From Octopus sinensis (taxonomy: Eukaryota), in NCBI RefSeq assembly GCF_006345805.1, contig NC_043002.1:94736001-94800000 (forward strand): DNA of 64,000 nt, given 5' to 3'. Every line of letters begins with the position of its first letter. The stretch's first letter is position 1. A program made the translations under genes and the position numbers. Below the pieces are notes generated by a model that did no database searches, was not told where the DNA came from, and saw only the letters and a program-made list of their open reading frames with translations. Below are positions 63,611-64,000 of the stretch, in pieces.

Positions 63611-64000
63611 TATTTTTGTTATTTTTTATTTGCCCTGTCCGTGTGAGCTAACAATCGTACTGACTTTCATGGGAAACATGTATTTTCGTGGTTGAAACCT
63701 TTTGGATTAACTGGTGCTAGAGTGAGCCATATAGTGACCACTCTCTTATATTTATTTTGTAAAAATATTATAATATGTTATAAAATATTATAATAATCCA
63801 GGTTTCTCGGAGCACTAGGCCACTTGGTGTTGAATGGATATACTATTAAATTAGTATCTAATTCTCTCACCCTTATTAATTAATTATATATATATATATA
63901 TATATGTATGTATTAAATGAAATAAATGAAAAACAAGACGCAAAGGATGTTGCGGTACATATGTTTCGGGCTTTATAGAACAACTTATAGTGGAGGTGCA

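Larger units (their letters stand above)
62532..63888. mobile_element. (TA)n-flanked fold-back family A (hammerhead-bearing), 1.36-kb copy built from a ~533-bp unit
   Basis: Left arm 62532-63152 is antisense (period about 534); right arm 63153-63888 is sense (period about 532); near-identical reverse complements; no ORF. Confidence 0.9.

Overview
This is AT-rich eukaryotic DNA dense in transposons and microsatellites, with no host gene that I can support confidently. The repeat mix (tRNA-headed SINEs, RTE 3' ends with (GAT)n tails, very dense (TA)/(CA)/(CAT) arrays) suggests an octopus-like cephalopod, but that is inference. Recognisable elements include two mariner remnants, a Tc1, a maT/DD37D fragment, a decayed piggyBac, RTE LINE fragments, two Helitron-like copies, several MITE families and three SINE families. 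Almost all ORFs in the supplied track are microsatellite artefacts. The most notable signal is a set of non-coding, (TA)n-flanked, fold-back elements carrying hammerhead ribozyme (HHR) motifs. Family A (25.8-26.3 kb and 62.5-63.9 kb) has a canonical type I hammerhead. Family B (four loci) has a hammerhead-shaped fold with an atypical core. In both families the two outward-facing 3' ends stop at two fixed, offset positions while the inversion junction varies, as expected for Penelope-like or retrozyme-like retroelements. Coordinates were counted by hand; boundaries of degenerate repeats are approximate to tens of bp.
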